A stretch of DNA of 43,241 nt from a virus. The notes beneath the pieces are model-generated. The model did no database searches and was not told the DNA's origin. It saw only the letters and a list, made by a program, of their open reading frames with translations. Location: UHGV virus genome UHGV-0383738, one strand, 5' to 3'. The translations under genes were made by a program, and so were the position numbers. The first letter of the stretch is position 1. Every line of letters begins with the position of its first letter. Of this stretch, positions 16,305 through 24,656 are shown one piece after another.

Positions 16305-16752
16305 AGTGAGGAATCACAGAGTATGGACCTCCAACAGAGGATACCAAATATACAAAGTCATACCGGTTGTTCATATAGGCATAAAAACCGTCACGATAAT
16401 CTTCATCATTTACCGGACCACTATCCCATACTCCTTCCCAAAAAAAGCAATCGTCTGAAAAATCGAATGTAATGGTATCGTCCAACAAATCATTTACCTG
16501 TCTCCTCCACTCCTTCGGAGGGAGCCAGGGCAATACTTTGCCATCAGCATCACGGATTATCTGTTTACCGTCTTGTAACTCGTAGATTATGTGTAATTCG
16601 GCATTATCCGTGCTGTCTGGCCCATACTTTTTTAGTATTGCGCCTTTGTCAGTATTAAGGTCAACACCAGATAATACATGGGGATACCAAATACCAATGC
16701 CAGTTGTGGATGATTCATAATAGTTAAAAACAGTCACCGTGGCATTGTACAT
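16285..16752 (-). CDS. Head-tail joining protein (hypothetical).
   Basis: Position in the connector block. Confidence 0.4.
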   Translation of the reverse strand: MYNATVTVFNYYESSTTGIGIWYPHVLSGVDLNTDKGAILKKYGPDSTDNAELHIIYELQDGKQIIRDADGKVLPWLPPKEWRRQVNDLLDDTITFDFSDDCFFWEGVWDSGPVNDEDYRDGFYAYMNNRYDFVYLVSSVGGPYSVIPHFEILGK

Positions 16753-16767
16753 AAGGTATCCCCTCCG

Positions 16768-17031
16768 TTATTTATTCATCTGCTTATACATCTGGTTAAC
16801 CCCCGTAGCCGCCAGACCAGACACAGCGCCTACCGCTACAGCCGTGATATAGTCAGTTGCCGGGAAATCTGGTATGGTTCCCATTCCAAGCGCGCCCAAA
16901 GCGCCACCCACTACAGCCATAATGACCGGAATCCATTCGTCCGGTATCTTCTTTGCCGCTTTGCATCCAAGACCAACCACATAGCTCAGAGTCACAATAG
17001 CTACACATGTTCCCAATGTTGTGATGTCCAT
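16768..17031 (-). CDS. Small 3-TM membrane protein, holin-like (87 aa).
   Basis: Three predicted TM segments (LGTCVAIVTLSYVVGLG, WIPVIMAVVGGALGALGMG, YITAVAVGAVSGLAATGV) and a charged C-terminus. Its location inside the connector block is unusual. Confidence 0.4.
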   Translation of the reverse strand: MDITTLGTCVAIVTLSYVVGLGCKAAKKIPDEWIPVIMAVVGGALGALGMGTIPDFPATDYITAVAVGAVSGLAATGVNQMYKQMNK

Positions 17032-17330
17032 TACTCTGTTTCCTCCAAATCAACACCTTCCATGACTGCTCTTGCCTCCAAAACGGCAATATAGTCAGTC
17101 ATTGCGGCAATCTGAATATTATATGTTCTTCTCGGGCAGGTGGGCGTAAAATTCAGTTCTCCTTTATCCCACTTTTCCAGCATTGCTTTCAGCTTTTCGT
17201 ACCGAATGACAATCTGGTAATATTCAGCCTCAAACCTGTCCTTATAATCTGCACTGTTCATCATCTGTACGGTGTCTTTTAATTCCATATCTACCCATTC
17301 CGGCGCACAGCAATGGAACGCCACTATCAT
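17031..17330 (-). CDS. Hypothetical small protein. The first 89 nt overlap 17242..17790, so the real start is probably the internal M at about 17288.
   Basis: ORF-track entry. The overlap is analysed above. Confidence 0.35.
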   Translation of the reverse strand: MIVAFHCCAPEWVDMELKDTVQMMNSADYKDRFEAEYYQIVIRYEKLKAMLEKWDKGELNFTPTCPRRTYNIQIAAMTDYIAVLEARAVMEGVDLEETE

Positions 17331-17790
17331 CTCTTACTCCCATCAGATATACCTTTGCAGCATCATACAGGAGTTTATTGGTTGCCTGTTCATCCCCTGC
17401 CGCAGAGTATACAGTACTCCAGGCTTTAGCTCCGTTAGCTATTTCAGACGGGGATGCATAGCTGATTGATTCGGAACCGGAATTACGAGAAACAATAATT
17501 CCAGAAGATTTTCCATTGATATCTGTCTTAGAATCACTTCCAGCGGCGGCAGATAGCGCCTGTTTTTCTGCCAGTTCCAAACCATACAGTTTATCAGATA
17601 CGGCACATACGGCTTTCTTGATTTTAGTTTGCGCTCGTTCATTGTCTGGGAGGCCGTCAACCAATCGTTCAAATGTTATAGTGTCAAGAAAGTCGCTTGC
17701 CCGTTCTGCCTGCTTATCAAATGATTGGGAATCCGGTATGTCGCTGCCATAGTATTTTGTTGTGTAAAACTCATAGTCTGCATATGCCAT
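17242..17790 (-). CDS. Head-tail connector (gp6-like/DNA-packaging adaptor). The C-terminal ~30 aa of the ORF are probably read-through.
   Basis: The N-terminus AYADYEFYTTKYYGSDIPDSQSFDKQAERASDFLD is typical of gp6-like head-tail connectors. It sits directly after the capsid gene. Confidence 0.55.
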   Translation of the reverse strand: MAYADYEFYTTKYYGSDIPDSQSFDKQAERASDFLDTITFERLVDGLPDNERAQTKIKKAVCAVSDKLYGLELAEKQALSAAAGSDSKTDINGKSSGIIVSRNSGSESISYASPSEIANGAKAWSTVYSAAGDEQATNKLLYDAAKVYLMGVRDDSGVPLLCAGMGRYGIKRHRTDDEQCRL

Positions 17791-17807
17791 GCCGGATTCT
17801 CCTTTCT

Positions 17808-18980
17808 TTAAGAGCGAGACGTTACATCGTCATTTCCAGATTTCAACGCCTTATATGTATTGTCACACTCAACTACTGTGATATGATTCCCGGTCGTTGC
17901 CTTGATATCAGTTTTACCGTCCCATGCTGTCCACGTCTTTACATTCTGACCATATTTCACTTCTGGAGCGGAATCAGCTGCCACTTTGTACTTGTACATG
18001 TGTCCTGTTTCGAGGGGAGGTTCAACGGTTAATTTTGTGTTTCCCGATGTACTTCCGGCCGAAGAAGTTACCGTCAGTGTTCCAAGAACGGGATTATCAG
18101 TAACATCAACAACCGCTATTCCGTCAATATATTCTGCAAACAAGGTCAAACCCATGATTGCAAATGCTTCGGAAACAGCTGTATTGTAGTTCCCCTGAGT
18201 ATGGAATCCGATAAGGTTTGTCTCCCCGGCTCCAGTGGTATATACCAGACCCGCCCGTGCAAAATCGCTCTCATTTGGGTCAACATAGTACATTACAATG
18301 TTTTCCACTGGTGTAGCTATTACCTTTCCTCTTGCAATTTCCGAATCGGACAGCAGGAAGATTGTATTGAATCCCATGAAATCCTTAAGATACTGGAAAC
18401 CAAACTGATTCTGCACGGTGATTTCAGCGGCACCTAGATACTGGTAAACATCCAGTATATTCACGAACCCAACCACACCTGTAACATTCCGGTGCATCTG
18501 TTTGAATTTGTTTTCTACCATTCCTTTTGCCATAGCAAGGGCCATCTGGAAGGTGGTTTCTGTTCCGGTAAGCGTGCCGGTATTCAGATATGTATAAAAT
18601 CGTTCTGTTACATCCGATTGAAGCTGGAACAAAAATTCATCGTCTGTCATCTGAACGGCATTTTCATAGCCGTGGTCTTTAATTGCTTCAATGGAAACGG
18701 CCTTTGCATACTTCTCAATGGTCATTTCCGCATACGTCTTTTCCTTTACTGTGAATTTGCTGTAAGGGATTTCCTCTCCTTCGCCTACAGCACCGCTCTG
18801 TAAAGTTCCTTCTGCGTATTTGCTTTTCAACACCGCGCCCGGTGTTTTCTTAATAGGACGCATAATCCCCAGGATATCCCGGAGGTGCTGCCAGTTCCGT
18901 TCAAACCGGGTCACAAAATCAATTTCTCGCGCTGTTACCTGTATGTCCGCGCTTGTGATTAAATTGGCTTTTGCTGCCAT
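17808..18980 (-). CDS. Major capsid protein (HK97 fold) with a C-terminal Ig-like (Big-type) decoration domain.
   Basis: Size and position after the scaffold gene. The C-terminal TLTVTSSAGSTSGNTKLTVEP...YKYKVAAD is Ig-like. Confidence 0.8.
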   Translation of the reverse strand: MAAKANLITSADIQVTAREIDFVTRFERNWQHLRDILGIMRPIKKTPGAVLKSKYAEGTLQSGAVGEGEEIPYSKFTVKEKTYAEMTIEKYAKAVSIEAIKDHGYENAVQMTDDEFLFQLQSDVTERFYTYLNTGTLTGTETTFQMALAMAKGMVENKFKQMHRNVTGVVGFVNILDVYQYLGAAEITVQNQFGFQYLKDFMGFNTIFLLSDSEIARGKVIATPVENIVMYYVDPNESDFARAGLVYTTGAGETNLIGFHTQGNYNTAVSEAFAIMGLTLFAEYIDGIAVVDVTDNPVLGTLTVTSSAGSTSGNTKLTVEPPLETGHMYKYKVAADSAPEVKYGQNVKTWTAWDGKTDIKATTGNHITVVECDNTYKALKSGNDDVTSRS

Positions 18981-19591
18981 TACTGTTCTCCTTTACCAAA
19001 TAAATGTAGGTTACTGGCGATTGCAGACTGTCGCTCAGACGGGTCTTTAATCGCTTCAATATCCTTTCGTGTCATAGTTCCTGGCGTATTCTGCTTACCT
19101 ACTGGTGTGGTAAACCTCGCCATGTTCTGCTGTGCATCATCAATAAATGCCGAAGCATCATTTTCTTTCATTTGGGCCAAAAGGTCATTTAAACCAAGAA
19201 TTTTACCATCCTTAAATTTAAGACCGGCTTCTTTAATGTCTGCCACCGCAGCTCTCTTTGCTGCCTCACTTGAAAACTTTACACTTTCAAGCTCAGTTTT
19301 CAATGCATCCGAAAAATCACGCTCGTAAAGCTGCTCCTGGGCTTTTTTTTCGGCTTCTGTAGCCTTCTGTTTCCAGTCAGATATTTCCCTCTGCATCGTC
19401 TCCAGGTCAACCCCTTCAAAGCCTTTCAACGTTGTTTCTGCTGCTTCTGCTTTTTCTTTCCAGGTATCCCGGTCCGCGCTCAGATTGTCGTTTTCTTTCT
19501 GCAACTTTTTGAGGTCTTTCCCATTTTCAGCCATGACAAATGATATCTGTTCCTCTGTCAATCCCTGTGCTTTTAATTCTTCGGTTTTCAT
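18980..19591 (-). CDS. Scaffolding protein.
   Basis: Highly charged coiled-coil protein immediately upstream of the capsid gene. Its stop overlaps the MCP start. Confidence 0.75.
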   Translation of the reverse strand: MKTEELKAQGLTEEQISFVMAENGKDLKKLQKENDNLSADRDTWKEKAEAAETTLKGFEGVDLETMQREISDWKQKATEAEKKAQEQLYERDFSDALKTELESVKFSSEAAKRAAVADIKEAGLKFKDGKILGLNDLLAQMKENDASAFIDDAQQNMARFTTPVGKQNTPGTMTRKDIEAIKDPSERQSAIASNLHLFGKGEQ

Positions 19592-19790
19592 TGATGCTTC
19601 TCCTTTTCCGTTATTAGGTTATTTGTAGGTGTGTAACCGTCCACCAACGGTTGCCATTTTGTAGGACTTGACTTGTCCAAAAACGCACATGCCGGAAATT
19701 GCATCCGCTTTTCAACCTCCAGGCTGTTCACGCTATGCGCTAGAACCTGTTTCTTTTAAGGACATGTGCTATAGGAGGGAGGTCAAATAT

Positions 19791-19832
19791 AAGAAAAAGC
19801 CAAACAAACTACATTGCTGTAATCTGTTTGGC
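19791..19832 (-). terminator. Rho-independent terminator on the minus strand (GCCAAACA-N18-TGTTTGGC then UUUUUCUU).
   Basis: 8-bp stem plus a U-run in the minus-strand RNA, downstream of the KTR-domain gene. Confidence 0.55.
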
Positions 19833-19854
19833 TCTGCGTCTGGCGTCTGGCTCT
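19830..19854 (-). promoter_or_regulatory. Conserved late-operon element copy B (minus-strand AGAGCCAGACGCCAGACGCAGAGCC).
   Basis: Near-identical to 15269-15294. It starts 4 nt after the stop of 19859..20110. Confidence 0.45.
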
Positions 19855-19858
19855 AAAG

Positions 19859-20110
19859 TTATTTTGCAGGTGATAAACCACTTTTGTCTAAATCATTTGC
19901 TTTTCCTTTTGCAATATTCATTATGGATGTATTCTTGCATACAGGGCAAAATACGGGGAGGTTTTTCGCAACCGTATCTAGTCGTATTTTAGTCCGGGTT
20001 TTATTGTTACATATAGGGCAGTACACCCAACTGTCTTTTACCATGTTTTCACCCTTTCTGCTTATTCCTACTCCCATTTTACCGTATTCCCAGAAAATAA
20101 TCGTCCCCAC
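19859..20110 (-). CDS. Cysteine-rich KTR-domain zinc-ribbon protein (83 aa).
   Basis: CPICNNKTRTKIRLDTVAKNLPVFCPVCKN matches the Cys-rich KTR motif. Confidence 0.6.
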   Translation of the reverse strand: MGTIIFWEYGKMGVGISRKGENMVKDSWVYCPICNNKTRTKIRLDTVAKNLPVFCPVCKNTSIMNIAKGKANDLDKSGLSPAK

Positions 20111-20125
20111 ATTTTAAATATACCA

Positions 20126-20154
20126 TTGACTTTACGCCCTTTTGGGCGTATAAT
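20126..20154 (+). promoter_or_regulatory. Strong sigma-A promoter (TTGACT, 17-nt spacer, TATAAT) whose spacer is the palindrome ACGCCCTTTTGGGCGT.
   Basis: Seen directly. It drives the plus-strand three-gene cassette and is antisense to the late operon. Confidence 0.65.
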
Positions 20155-20186
20155 ATAATCAGTGATAAAGAAAGGGGATAAAAACA

Positions 20187-20516
20187 ATGACAGTAGCCGA
20201 GTTAAAAGAAATGATAGATAGCAACGATTGGGATATTAAATATAGTAGGTTTGGAATCCGCATTCAGGAACAGCCCTTTGAACTCGGCGCTATGGACCAC
20301 AATTCAAAGGTATGGATTGACGAAGAGGAAACCGATGAAGAGCTTAACGGTGTATGTGCCATTGATTTAAACTCTCCCGAAGCCGCCGAAGCTCTTAATG
20401 GTAATGGATATTTTGGTTCCTACATTGCCTTGATTGCAAGCGATAGTTACGAGTACGGTTTTGATGCAGGTGAAGTTATTTTAAAAGATGCAGAAGTATT
20501 GTTTATCATAAAATGA
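20187..20516 (+). CDS. Acidic small protein (109 aa), possibly immunity/antitoxin-like.
   Basis: RBS AAAGGGGA. First gene of the moron cassette. No domain recognised. Confidence 0.55.
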   Translation: MTVAELKEMIDSNDWDIKYSRFGIRIQEQPFELGAMDHNSKVWIDEEETDEELNGVCAIDLNSPEAAEALNGNGYFGSYIALIASDSYEYGFDAGEVILKDAEVLFIIK

Positions 20517-20806
20517 TGGAGGAAATCATGAGAAGATACCCAGACTGTATCAGGACTGATGGACTATGCGGGGCCTGCTCCGCATCCAGTTATGGCAGGG
20601 ATTGCCATAACAATAATATCAATAAACTGTTGTATCAACGTTCCCTATCCGGGATGACCCAGCAGCAGGTGGCCGACTCTGCGGGAATAAATATCCGCCA
20701 GATACAAAAATTTGAATCCGGAGAAAGGGACCTTGGCAACATGACCCTGCGTAATGCCTTGTCATTGGCAAAAGCCCTTGACTGTGAGGTGAATGATTTA
20801 ATATAG
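20513..20806 (+). CDS. XRE-family HTH regulator with an unusual N-terminal Cys cluster (C..C..C...C).
   Basis: C-terminal HTH_3 (LSGMTQQQVADSAGINIRQIQKFESGERDLGNMTLRNALSLAKAL). The N-terminus is CIRTDGLCGACSASSYGRDCH. Confidence 0.6.
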   Translation: MMEEIMRRYPDCIRTDGLCGACSASSYGRDCHNNNINKLLYQRSLSGMTQQQVADSAGINIRQIQKFESGERDLGNMTLRNALSLAKALDCEVNDLI

Positions 20807-20814
20807 GAGATAGT

Positions 20815-21300
20815 ATGGCACCAAAAAAAGATATATCGGGACAAACATATGGATATCTTAAGGCAATTAGGTGTACCGGAGATAAGAAGAACGGGAGCTA
20901 TTTGTGGGAATTCGAATGCATACTATGCGGAAAGCATATTATAAGGCGTATTGGTCTGGTCACTGGTGGAGAAATTATTTCATGCGGTTGCTATAAAGCC
21001 AGAAATCTTAAAAACAAGCCATTGTCCGATAAGGTCGGTCAAGTTTTAGGGACAAACATATCCCGTATTACCTCTAAAAAGCCCCAGTCAAATACATCGT
21101 CCGGGCATAGAGGAGTATCTTTGCATCGCCAGCAAGGTAAATCAGATACTTGGATTGCTTACATATACTTTCAAGGAAAACGCTTTTATCTTGGGAGCTT
21201 TGCAGACAAACAAGAAGCTATTAAAGCGCGTGAAACTGCCGAAAATCAGATATTTGGAGATTTTTTAAAATGGTACAATAAGCGAAAAAGCAAAAAGTGA
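20815..21300 (+). CDS. Zinc-ribbon + AP2-domain DNA-binding protein (161 aa).
   Basis: AP2 signature GHRGVSLHRQQGKSDTWIAYIYFQGKRFYLGSFADKQEAIKARE. The N-terminus is CILCGK...SCGCYKARN. Confidence 0.65.
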   Translation: MAPKKDISGQTYGYLKAIRCTGDKKNGSYLWEFECILCGKHIIRRIGLVTGGEIISCGCYKARNLKNKPLSDKVGQVLGTNISRITSKKPQSNTSSGHRGVSLHRQQGKSDTWIAYIYFQGKRFYLGSFADKQEAIKARETAENQIFGDFLKWYNKRKSKK

Positions 21301-21317
21301 TTTCGCTTTTAAAACAG

Positions 21318-21348
21318 TTAAAAAGGCGGTAGGACTTTTCCCACCGCC
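21318..21348. terminator. Bidirectional terminator hairpin (GGCGGTAGG/CCCACCGCC) between convergent genes.
   Basis: 9-bp stem (1 mismatch) with an A-run on one side and a T-run on the other. It sits between the stop of 20815..21300 and the stop of 21355..21894. Confidence 0.55.
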
Positions 21349-21354
21349 AATTTA

Positions 21355-21894
21355 TTACATCATATTACGAAGCTTTTCAATATACCTTTTCATGGTTTCT
21401 CTTTCTTCCCGGCAGTCAGCATCTTTGGACATTTCTCCTAATTCTTCTGTCAGTTCGTCCATATGCTCTTCCAAGGCTGCAAGCATACGCCGCTTACAAT
21501 CTTCATCTTTTCCGCCGTTTCTGTAGCTCTGCTTCTGGTTCATGTAGTCATCATAGGCCGGTCCAGTGGCGCGACTGTAATGACCTCTGACGTAATGCTT
21601 TCCACGTGTGCCGCGATATGAGCTGTCATTATCATAGTCCTGCGACATTCCGTCAGCACGGCTATAACGTCCCATGCTGTCGCGCTTGCGGCGCGCTTCG
21701 CTGTATTCTCCGCCGTCCATTTCATCCATTACCTGATTGTAGTACTCTTCTTTGCACTTCCAGTACTCCACATTCTCCATGTCTTTCCACATGTCAATCA
21801 GTTTGTATGCGTTTTCAAGGTTGCTGGTGTTCAGGCCCTTCTCCGCAATATTGTCCAGCTCTTCGTGGATTTTTTGCATTAATTTATAACTCAT
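21355..21894 (-). CDS. Hypothetical protein with an Arg/Tyr/Gly-rich low-complexity centre (179 aa).
   Basis: ORF-track entry. Last gene of the cargo island. Confidence 0.55.
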   Translation of the reverse strand: MSYKLMQKIHEELDNIAEKGLNTSNLENAYKLIDMWKDMENVEYWKCKEEYYNQVMDEMDGGEYSEARRKRDSMGRYSRADGMSQDYDNDSSYRGTRGKHYVRGHYSRATGPAYDDYMNQKQSYRNGGKDEDCKRRMLAALEEHMDELTEELGEMSKDADCREERETMKRYIEKLRNMM

Positions 21895-21906
21895 AGCCTT
21901 ACCTCC

Positions 21907-22305
21907 TTAACCTATTCTGCTAACTACAAGGTTAGCGTCTGATACTGTCGCCGCTGCGGTTCCAACGTTTTTCACCGACAGTGTAGCGCAACATGGTTTG
22001 CATACTCGTACTTCTACAGTTGCGGAACCATTGATTGTTGCGCCAGCGGCAACTGTGTTCTGGATTCTTGCACCGGGAATGCCTTCGCCGTCCTGCTGTA
22101 TTTCAAAAATTACATCTCCTGCCGCAGCTGCGGAAAAGTTTCCGTTAAATCCTACACGGTACAGGCCAGGAAGTAAAACTACTCTCCCAGAAAGCGGCTC
22201 ATGTCTTATATTTGGACAATTGCAAGAATATATCCGATTTGCTGCAAACAAAACACTTGCATTGACTTCAACGGTCTGTGTGCCAGCAGTTACAAAATCT
22301 GCCAT
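21907..22305 (-). CDS. BclA-C-terminal/C1q-TNF-like jelly-roll domain protein (132 aa).
   Basis: Resembles the C-terminal domain of exosporium BclA/BclB-type proteins (PNIRHEPLSGRVVLLPGLYRVGFNGNFSA...IFEIQQDGEGIPGARI). The assignment comes from my memory of the family, not a search. Confidence 0.4.
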   Translation of the reverse strand: MADFVTAGTQTVEVNASVLFAANRIYSCNCPNIRHEPLSGRVVLLPGLYRVGFNGNFSAAAAGDVIFEIQQDGEGIPGARIQNTVAAGATINGSATVEVRVCKPCCATLSVKNVGTAAATVSDANLVVSRIG

Positions 22306-22370
22306 AATAATTCCTCCTTATATGCACAGAAGGGCAAGCCTGTGCCTACCCCTCCATGTGTGTAATACTA

Positions 22371-22607
22371 CTATTCAGTAGACATGTCCTTTTCGGACAA
22401 GATACGCAATATGCGGTTGTTTTGGTAGATAATCTTTTCCATGTATTCTTTATTTTGCTGTTGAAGCGCCTCCATAATATCATTATTAGAAGCTTCTCCC
22501 AAAAGCAAAAACACATCAATCATTTGTAATGCTGCTGCATATAAAGCAAGATTATCGTAAAACTGTTCGTTTCGAGTTAGCATCCGCATCCAGCATTGCA
22601 CCCACAA
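22371..22607 (-). CDS. Hypothetical small protein (78 aa).
   Basis: ORF-track entry. It overlaps the upstream gene by 31 nt. Confidence 0.35.
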   Translation of the reverse strand: MWVQCWMRMLTRNEQFYDNLALYAAALQMIDVFLLLGEASNNDIMEALQQQNKEYMEKIIYQNNRILRILSEKDMSTE

Positions 22608-23278
22608 TTAGATGCATATGGATATGGCGCCGGTACTGTATAAGCCGGTACAGGCTGCGGCTGACGAAGCTGGGCAACGATTGAGTTACCAACCGCATCA
22701 ATAAAACCATTCTGGGAAGTCTGACTTGCCTGGAACCTAAGTGTCTGATTCTCTGCCTGTAAAGTGGAAATCTTATCTTGGGTTAAGAAGTCAAGAATAG
22801 CTCTTGTGTTGCTATTGTTATTGTCCAGAATATCTCTGGTTGCAGTCTGAATGGTATTTCTGGTATCACATGACTGTGTAGCCAGATTGTAGTTTACGCC
22901 GTCAATTGCGCGCTGTGTCTGGCAGCAGCAATCCTGGAGCTGATAGCCCATCTGGCATAAGCTCCGGTCAACACCATTGAATCCGCTAGTAATAGTGTTG
23001 TTCAGTGCGTATGTGCTGTCACAGATACCCTGCTGGATACCTCTAATTCCGTTTTCTATACCATTCAAAGCAAAGCCCTCATTGATATCTGCTCTGGTTG
23101 CAAGACCCTGGAGTCCTGCGCCATTTGCACCGTTTCCGCCAAAGCCATTGCCCCAGCCTCCACCAGCAAATAGAAAGAGAACGATAATCCAAATCCAGTC
23201 GCCCCACATACCGTCACCATTTCTGTTATTGTTTCCTGTAGCGGCTGCAATGTCCGCTAAAGAGTAACCACTTTCCAT
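22577..23278 (-). CDS. Gly/Asn-rich membrane protein with Cys clusters (CCCQ, C-terminal NCGCNAGCGC).
   Basis: One TM helix (WIWIIVLFLFAGGGW), GNGxG repeats, and a Cys-rich tail. Confidence 0.5.
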   Translation of the reverse strand: MESGYSLADIAAATGNNNRNGDGMWGDWIWIIVLFLFAGGGWGNGFGGNGANGAGLQGLATRADINEGFALNGIENGIRGIQQGICDSTYALNNTITSGFNGVDRSLCQMGYQLQDCCCQTQRAIDGVNYNLATQSCDTRNTIQTATRDILDNNNSNTRAILDFLTQDKISTLQAENQTLRFQASQTSQNGFIDAVGNSIVAQLRQPQPVPAYTVPAPYPYASNCGCNAGCGC

Positions 23279-23332
23279 AAATATTTACTCCTTTAAAATT
23301 TATTTACAAAATCATGCGCATTGATTTGTGTA

Positions 23333-23581
23333 CTATTTTTTCATGCCCCCAAGCATCTGCTGAAACTGCTGGGCCATCTGTTGTGCCTGGTCTAACTGCT
23401 GCTGAGTTATCTGCCCAGACTGTAGCATCTTCTGCACTTCTTCCTGGGGATTCCCTTTGAAGTTGTTCTTAAATTCCATAAACTTCTGAATCATCTGCAT
23501 TGGGTTGTTTCCCCCGCCCATTCCAGGCATCATGCCGCCCATTGGTGAGCCGCCGCCCAACATGCTAAATAATGGATTCAT
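23333..23581 (-). CDS. Gly/Met/Gln-rich low-complexity small protein (82 aa).
   Basis: MNPLFSMLGGGSPMGGMMPGMGGGNNPMQM...QQLDQAQQMAQQFQQMLGG. Confidence 0.45.
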   Translation of the reverse strand: MNPLFSMLGGGSPMGGMMPGMGGGNNPMQMIQKFMEFKNNFKGNPQEEVQKMLQSGQITQQQLDQAQQMAQQFQQMLGGMKK

Positions 23582-23584
23582 ATA

Positions 23585-24055
23585 TTATTTCCCCTTTCCG
23601 CTTGGCGCTGTGCTGGATTCTAAAAGGCCATATAATTCATCATATTTTGCCTTTAAATCCTGATACTCGTTTCTGGTAACATACTTTTCATCCAGATTTT
23701 CAGTCGGTGCAATTTCCTTCTTCTGACCATTTACAATCTCTTTATATTCAAAAGTGCGGAGTGTTGGCATCCCTGCCGCATCGGTTGTCTTAATATAAAA
23801 ATACTCATTTTCGCTGTCCATCAGCAATATGGATGTGCTGGGCGCTACTAAATACGACTTTGCCCCGGCCTCACCCTGCACCCATAATATTCCCTGGTTG
23901 GTCTGCGGGACCTGTGGAACCTGCGTCTGTTGCGGCATCTGGTATGGTGCCTGTAGCTGCTGCAATCGGTCCATAGGTGGTTGCATCTGTGGTTGATATG
24001 GGTATGCGTTTGGATATGTATTCAGATAGTTTGGATTGATAAATGGTTGCGGCAT
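23585..24055 (-). CDS. Protein with a Pro/Gln/Tyr-rich N-terminus and a globular C domain (156 aa).
   Basis: PYQPQMQPP...QMPQQTQVPQVPQ followed by GILWVQGEAGAKSYLVAPSTSILLMDSENEYFYIKT. Confidence 0.5.
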   Translation of the reverse strand: MPQPFINPNYLNTYPNAYPYQPQMQPPMDRLQQLQAPYQMPQQTQVPQVPQTNQGILWVQGEAGAKSYLVAPSTSILLMDSENEYFYIKTTDAAGMPTLRTFEYKEIVNGQKKEIAPTENLDEKYVTRNEYQDLKAKYDELYGLLESSTAPSGKGK

Positions 24056-24147
24056 TAAATCCCCTCCGTTCTTTTATAATCCAATTATCCCATAAAAAAT
24101 AAGCCTCTGACAGTTCGTCAAAGACTTATAAAAGTATCATGCAAGTA

Positions 24148-24348
24148 TCAGCATACTCTAATTATTTTATTGTTGACTTTTCGGCTCAATCTCTTGGCTG
24201 TGGATACACTTACATTCATTAGTTCAGCGCAATATTCCAAAGGATAATTTTTAGCCCGGTACTCAAACAGCGCCCGTTCTTCATCCGTAAAGTTACAATA
24301 TGTACGAAAATAATTTAGTTCTGGCACTGTAAAGTCATATACCTTCAA
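24148..24348 (-). CDS. Sigma-70 region-4-like HTH mini-protein (66 aa).
   Basis: FTDEERALFEYRAKNYPLEYCAELMNVSVSTAKRLSRKV resembles region 4.2 of ECF/phage sigma factors and ArpU/RinA-type activators. Confidence 0.5.
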   Translation of the reverse strand: MKVYDFTVPELNYFRTYCNFTDEERALFEYRAKNYPLEYCAELMNVSVSTAKRLSRKVNNKIIRVC

Positions 24349-24359
24349 AGCAACGCTCC

Positions 24360-24653
24360 TTAAATACCCTCTGACAAATGCTTTATCATAGCTTCTTTGG
24401 TTTTTTTTAAACCCTCTATGTTGTTACCGGTTATACGATTATCAATTAATGCTATCATTCCCTGGCATAAAAGAGATTGCATATCTCTTATTTCTTGGAT
24501 AGATTTATAATCCTTTTCCACATTTATTTCTAATTTATCCACTCTGTTTTTTAGCTTAAATGCCGGGTGAAACAATTTATATATTACGGTTCCTGCTCCT
24601 CCAAGAGTAATAAGCCAACCGCATACAACCATAATAGAGTTTAATGTTTCCAT
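24360..24653 (-). CDS. Small membrane protein with an N-terminal TM helix and coiled coil (97 aa).
   Basis: IMVVCGWLITLGGAGTVIY TM segment followed by a charged helical region. Confidence 0.45.
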   Translation of the reverse strand: METLNSIMVVCGWLITLGGAGTVIYKLFHPAFKLKNRVDKLEINVEKDYKSIQEIRDMQSLLCQGMIALIDNRITGNNIEGLKKTKEAMIKHLSEGI

Positions 24654-24656
24654 AAG

